DNA of 31,046 bases from Selenomonadaceae bacterium (GTDB taxonomy: Bacteria > Bacillota > Negativicutes > Selenomonadales > Selenomonadaceae): positions 1 through 31,046 of the forward strand of contig JAFXOC010000586.1 in NCBI GenBank assembly GCA_017529085.1, given 5' to 3'. Positions 26,749 through 31,046 of the stretch are shown here, piece by piece. Each line of letters opens with the position of its first letter. The stretch's first letter is position 1. The position numbers and the translations under genes are program-made. The notes under the pieces were generated by a model. It did no database searches, was not told where the DNA came from, and saw only the letters and a list, made by a program, of their open reading frames with translations.

Positions 26749-27987
26749 TTATTCTTCCGCTTTTTTTAAAGCATTATTTATCTTTTCCGCCATGCCTTTT
26801 ATCTTAGCAATCGGCACGGAGCAAACAGCAACCCTCACGCCTAATTTTAAAGGTACTGCGTAGATTAAATCTTCGTGCAAAATATCGCAGACCTTTCCGG
26901 GATCGTTCGCCGGCACCGACAAGAAAAATCCGCCCGTATACGGAAGCGCGACGAGTCCCGTTTCTTTTGCCTCTTTCATAAAGAGATCGCCTCTCGCCTG
27001 AATGAGCGTATGCGCTTCTTCCCTATCCTTTTCAAATGAAGCGTAAATTTCTTTATCGCTCTGTATACGAAGCAGAAGTTCCATCGCGCCGCGATTTATA
27101 TTGCTCCATGCGGCGCGGCTTGAATACTTCATTATATCGTTAAATTCATCAATAACGCTTTTGCTCGAACTTGCCGCGATTAACGCCCCTGTGCGTTGAC
27201 CGTAGAACGTATAGCCTTTAGACATACTGAAAGAAAAGAGCGCCAATATATTTTCGGGCAAGTCGCCGAATTTTTTCATAAACTTACGCACTTCGTTCTT
27301 TTCGCCCGCATAATCAATATAGGCTATATCCACGAGTATAGCGACTTTTTTCCCGTTTTTAGCGTAAGCTTTAAACAGGTCTGTAATCTTGTCCCAATCG
27401 GCTTCAGTCAACTGAAAACCCGTCGGATTATGCGCAGGAGTATTTAAAATCACCAAGAGTGATTCTTGGCTTTTATATATCTCTTCAACCTTATCCTTGA
27501 ACGAAGCGAAGTTAAAATTTCTGCTCTCGTCAAACAGTGTGAAATTCTCTAATTTTGCCCCGTGTTCATTGCAAATTACGTTATATGTGCCCCAATACCA
27601 ATCGGAAGTAAGGACTTTTTCGCCTATCTCGGAATAATTCATTATAGCGTGATGAATGGCGCCCGTACCGCCCGCCGTTGCAACAGCGGAAGTATAGGCG
27701 TTCGGTTTTTGCTCGAGAAACGTCAGATTTTGAACCGCGTTAAGATATTCGGGAATCCCCGAAATCGGCGCGTACGCCGCAATTTTTTCAATGGGCATCT
27801 CTTTATAAACCTTCTCCATCGTGGGAAGCGTTATAAGTTTCTCGTTATCGTCTAACATAACGCCGATAGTGGCGTTAGTCACCTTATCCGCGCCGTATTT
27901 TTCGGCAGCTTCTCTGCAAGCCGCCGCCGCCCCAAATATAACGTCGTTTAACTTCTTCCCCGCCGAATGCGTCGCCGCCATACTCAT
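26749..27987 (-). CDS. PLP-dependent class I/II aminotransferase
   Basis: NATIG, TAGGTGA, ILNTPAHNPTG, VDIAY and SMSKGYTFYGQRTG (PLP lysine). Start at 27987 after GAGG. Confidence 0.9.
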   Translation of the reverse strand: MSMAATHSAGKKLNDVIFGAAAACREAAEKYGADKVTNATIGVMLDDNEKLITLPTMEKVYKEMPIEKIAAYAPISGIPEYLNAVQNLTFLEQKPNAYTSAVATAGGTGAIHHAIMNYSEIGEKVLTSDWYWGTYNVICNEHGAKLENFTLFDESRNFNFASFKDKVEEIYKSQESLLVILNTPAHNPTGFQLTEADWDKITDLFKAYAKNGKKVAILVDIAYIDYAGEKNEVRKFMKKFGDLPENILALFSFSMSKGYTFYGQRTGALIAASSSKSVIDEFNDIMKYSSRAAWSNINRGAMELLLRIQSDKEIYASFEKDREEAHTLIQARGDLFMKEAKETGLVALPYTGGFFLSVPANDPGKVCDILHEDLIYAVPLKLGVRVAVCSVPIAKIKGMAEKINNALKKAEE

Positions 27988-28024
27988 CTCTAGCACCTCA
28001 TATATCTTTTTAAATTTGATTCTT

Positions 28025-28074
28025 TACTTTCTTTTCTCTTTCTTTTTTGTAAAAAAGAAAGAGAAAAGAAAGTA
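28025..28074. repeat. Repeat family D: perfect 24-bp polypyrimidine/polypurine inverted repeat
   Basis: tactttcttttctctttctttttt-gt-aaaaaagaaagagaaaagaaagta, followed by a further purine tract to ~28101. Confidence 0.85.
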
Positions 28075-28103
28075 ACAAAGAAAAGAGAAAGAAAAGAAAG
28101 AAT

Positions 28104-29342
28104 TTAATTCTTAGGGAAAAATTCATCGTGAACGGCGTTGACGGCTTCTTTGACGTGACCGCCTTTGATTAAGCAAGAGAGGCTTATTTCGGATGTGCTG
28201 ATAATTTCGATGTTTACGCCGGCTTTGGCGAGTGCGCCGAACATTCTGGCGGCGATGCCGGGGTTGCCGAGCATACCTGCGCCCACTATGGAAATTTTCG
28301 TGACGTTTTCTTCTATTAAGACGTTGGAAGCGTTAAGATCTCGGGCGACTGTTTCCATGACCTCTTTGGCTTTGGTTAAATCGTCGTTTGCAACCGTGAA
28401 TACCATGTCGGTGATGTTTTTCTCGATATTTCGCATACTTTGAACGATCATGTCAACATCAACGTTAGCTTTTGCGAGCGCGTCGAAGATCTTGTGAGCT
28501 ACGCCCGGCGTGTCCGATATGCCTAATACGGCGATTTTGGTGACGTTTTCATCGTGAGCGACGCCTCTTATGACAAAACTTTTTTCTTCGATAGATTCCA
28601 TTGAATAATCCCCCCGAATAATAGTTCCCGAAGTTTTAGTGAATGTAGAGCGCACATGAATGGGGATTTTAAAAATCTCGCCCATCTCAACGGAACGGGG
28701 CTGCATAACCCCCGCGCCAAGACGCGCCATCTCAAGCATTTCGCTGTATGTTATCTCTTTGATTTTTCTGGCGGACGGCACTATTCTGGGGTCTGCCGAA
28801 TACACGCCCTCAACGTCCGTGTATATTTCGCAAGAATCCGCCCCTAAAGCGCCGGCGAGCGCAACCGCGGAAGTATCCGAGCCGCCGCGGCCCAACGTTA
28901 CCGGATCGCCTAAATGGTTGGAACCTTGAAATCCCGCGACAACCACAATGTTGCCTTTGTTTAATTCTTCGTGCACGCGTTCGGGAGAAATATCTACAAT
29001 ACGCCCCTTTGTATACGCCGAATCGGTTTGCAGACCCACCATAGGACCCGTAAGGGATACTGCGGGATGTCCCAAAGTTTGAAACGCCATGGATAAAAGG
29101 GCTATAGAAATTTGTTCGCCTGTTGTGAGAAGCATATCCATTTCACGGGGAAATTTATATGGTTCGCCGTTTATGCCTTTAGCAAGGCTTATGAGTTCGT
29201 CTGTGGTATCTCCCATAGCGGATACCACCATAACTATTTTGTCGTTGCCTTTCTTTTCGTCTAAAATTCTTTTAGCCACGGACATTATTTTTTCCGTGGT
29301 CGCAACAGAACTTCCGCCAAATTTTTTTACGATAAGAGCCAT
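28104..29342 (-). CDS. lysC: Aspartate kinase
   Basis: IVKKFGGSSV, VVSAMGDTTD, TLGRGGSDTSA, YTDVEGVYSADP and two ACT domains. Start at ATG 29342. Confidence 0.96.
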   Translation of the reverse strand: MALIVKKFGGSSVATTEKIMSVAKRILDEKKGNDKIVMVVSAMGDTTDELISLAKGINGEPYKFPREMDMLLTTGEQISIALLSMAFQTLGHPAVSLTGPMVGLQTDSAYTKGRIVDISPERVHEELNKGNIVVVAGFQGSNHLGDPVTLGRGGSDTSAVALAGALGADSCEIYTDVEGVYSADPRIVPSARKIKEITYSEMLEMARLGAGVMQPRSVEMGEIFKIPIHVRSTFTKTSGTIIRGDYSMESIEEKSFVIRGVAHDENVTKIAVLGISDTPGVAHKIFDALAKANVDVDMIVQSMRNIEKNITDMVFTVANDDLTKAKEVMETVARDLNASNVLIEENVTKISIVGAGMLGNPGIAARMFGALAKAGVNIEIISTSEISLSCLIKGGHVKEAVNAVHDEFFPKN

Positions 29343-29456
29343 GCGCATCCTTCCTCGCTGTAAAAAATTCAAAACTATTTGAGATTATAACCTAATTTTA
29401 ACGCTTAGTCTATATAAATTATAATGAATACAAACGGAGCCTTTAAGGAAATTACG

Positions 29457-31046
29457 ATGAATCAAGAAATTTTTCACAAAGCGACTAAAATATTAAAGGA
29501 AATTTACGGAGAAAACGCGGAATTCCGCAATGGTCAATATGAAGCGATTGAGGCCGCGCTTACTCATAATCGTACGCTTATCGTTCAAAAAACCGGCTGG
29601 GGTAAGTCTTTGATATATTTTATCTCTGCAAAACTTGTAAAAGGGCTTACATTGATAATCAGCCCACTTTTGATATTAATGGAAACTCAGCAAAAATACG
29701 CTCAGAAATTAGGACTTGAGTGCTTAGTTCTAAACGGCAGGGTAAAAGGCGAAGCGAGATCAATACTTCTACAGAAGTTGGAAAAAGGTTTATGCGATAC
29801 GCTGATTACAACGCCTGAAACTCTTTTCGGCAAAGATTTAAAGCAAATTTTGCCAAAACTTGACATAGGTATGTTTGTGGTTGACGAATGCCATTGCATA
29901 TCCGATGGGGTCATGATTTTCGCTTGGAATACAGCCGCTTAAATCGTATAATAGCCAATTTACCGTCAAATACGCCGGCGCTTGGAACAACCGCTACCGC
30001 AAATAATCGCGTGATTGAGGATTTGCAGGAGCAATTCGGTGAAGACGTATTTACCTTAAAAGGTCCTCTTTTACGTGCCTCGCTTCATATACAAGTGCTG
30101 AAACAGGAAAGCGAAGCCGAGCGTTACGCATGGATTGTCAAAAATATTGATAAACTGCCGGGCAGCGGCATCATATATTGCTTGACGCGTCGGGATTGTC
30201 AGAGATTAGCGGATTTTTTAAATGAAAATAATATTAAAAGCCGGGCCTATTATTCTTCCGATGAGCTTGAAAAAGTCGGGACAAATGGTATGTCGCCCAA
30301 TAAAGAAACCGAAGAACTTTTCGGCGAGAATAAGATAAAAGTTGTTGTAGCCACGGTAAAATTAGGTATGGGATACGATAAGCCGGATATTGGTTTTGTC
30401 ATTCATTTTCAATGTCCTGCTTCACTGGTAGCGTATTATCAACAAATAGGTCGAGCCGGACGCAAAGATGGCGCGGAGGCGTATTGTTTTTTAATGGCTG
30501 GAGAGGAAGATGTGTCCATTCACGAATACTTTATTGAAAACGCTTTTCCGACTTATGAAGAGGAGATACAAATCGTTGAAATTTTAGACAAACATTCCGA
30601 CACGGGTTTATCGTTAAAAGGGCTTATGACATATTGCAATTTAAACGCCAAGGCGCTGAGCCGTTCCGTTATGTTTTTGACAAATCAAGACATTATATAT
30701 TACGAATATGGAAAGTATTATCGTTCCCAAAAACCGTATATTTATCAAGGCGATTATTATAAATCTGTGCGAAAGGCGAAAAGGCGGGAAATTAATGAAA
30801 TGCAACGCTTTAGCAAGACCAAAAGCTGTTACGGAAGGTATATAGCAAACGCTTTAAACGATTGTACGGCCAAAGATTGCGGCAAATGCGCAAATTGTTT
30901 GGAAAAAGATGTATTAAGCGGTATAGAATCGCCTGCCGAAGTTGAAATAAATGCGGTTCAAGAGCGGCTTAAAAGTATGTACATCAAGATAATGCCAAGG
31001 CGATATTGGCCAGAAACAGATATTCAATTTGACCCAACCGAGCTTA
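29457..31046 (+). pseudogene. RecQ-family helicase with a 1-nt frameshift near 29906; runs off the window end
   Basis: QKTGWGKS and VDECHCISD in one frame. After a missing T, (W)GHDFR, TTATAN, GIIYCLTR, VATVKLGMGYDKPD, YYQQIGRAGR and CGKCANC continue open to 31046. Confidence 0.8.

Noticed and set aside
29343-29456. Lysine riboswitch before lysC, or T-box before metG or trpB
   Set aside because: The intergenic space is too short or is occupied by repeats, and no conserved motifs were recognised.
724-29914. Numerous antisense and nested ORFs in the track
   Set aside because: They overlap well-supported genes on another frame or strand and show no recognisable motifs.
1-31046. Avoidance of GGNCC as support for R-M specificity
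   Set aside because: Several GGNCC sites are visible (e.g. near 2714, 3063, 3388, 4134); depletion cannot be judged without counting against expectation.
1-31046. Diversity-generating retroelement as the cause of the A>G-rich patches
   Set aside because: No reverse transcriptase or template/variable repeat pair is present, and the changes are synonymous and include C>T.

Overview
Bacterial chromosomal window, probably from an anaerobic Negativicutes/Selenomonadales-like firmicute (inferred from gene content and protein style). Left to right: the end of a trp operon (trpC-trpF-secreted alpha/beta hydrolase-trpB-trpA, with TrpA fused in frame to a complete prephenate dehydratase), tRNA-Ser(GGA), and a minus-strand run (hypE, N4-mC methyltransferase, TdeIII-like endonuclease, nitrogenase-like subunit 1, RTX-like protein, nitrogenase-like subunit 2, GT-C-like membrane protein) interrupted by a plus-strand ART-like gene pair. 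Then come thrE, the conserved yaaR-holB-yaaT-rsmI-metG-tatD block, a convergent FabH-like/ACP pair, an aminotransferase, lysC and a frameshifted RecQ-like helicase. Four families of short palindromic elements are present and no transposase is visible. The most striking signal is that one ~80-90 bp three-hairpin repeat sits at the centre of a local strand-composition switch at all three of its copies. One copy lies in frame inside a gene, and in one case the skew crosses into a gene coded on the opposite strand. All counts are hand counts and all family assignments come from motif recognition, not database searches.
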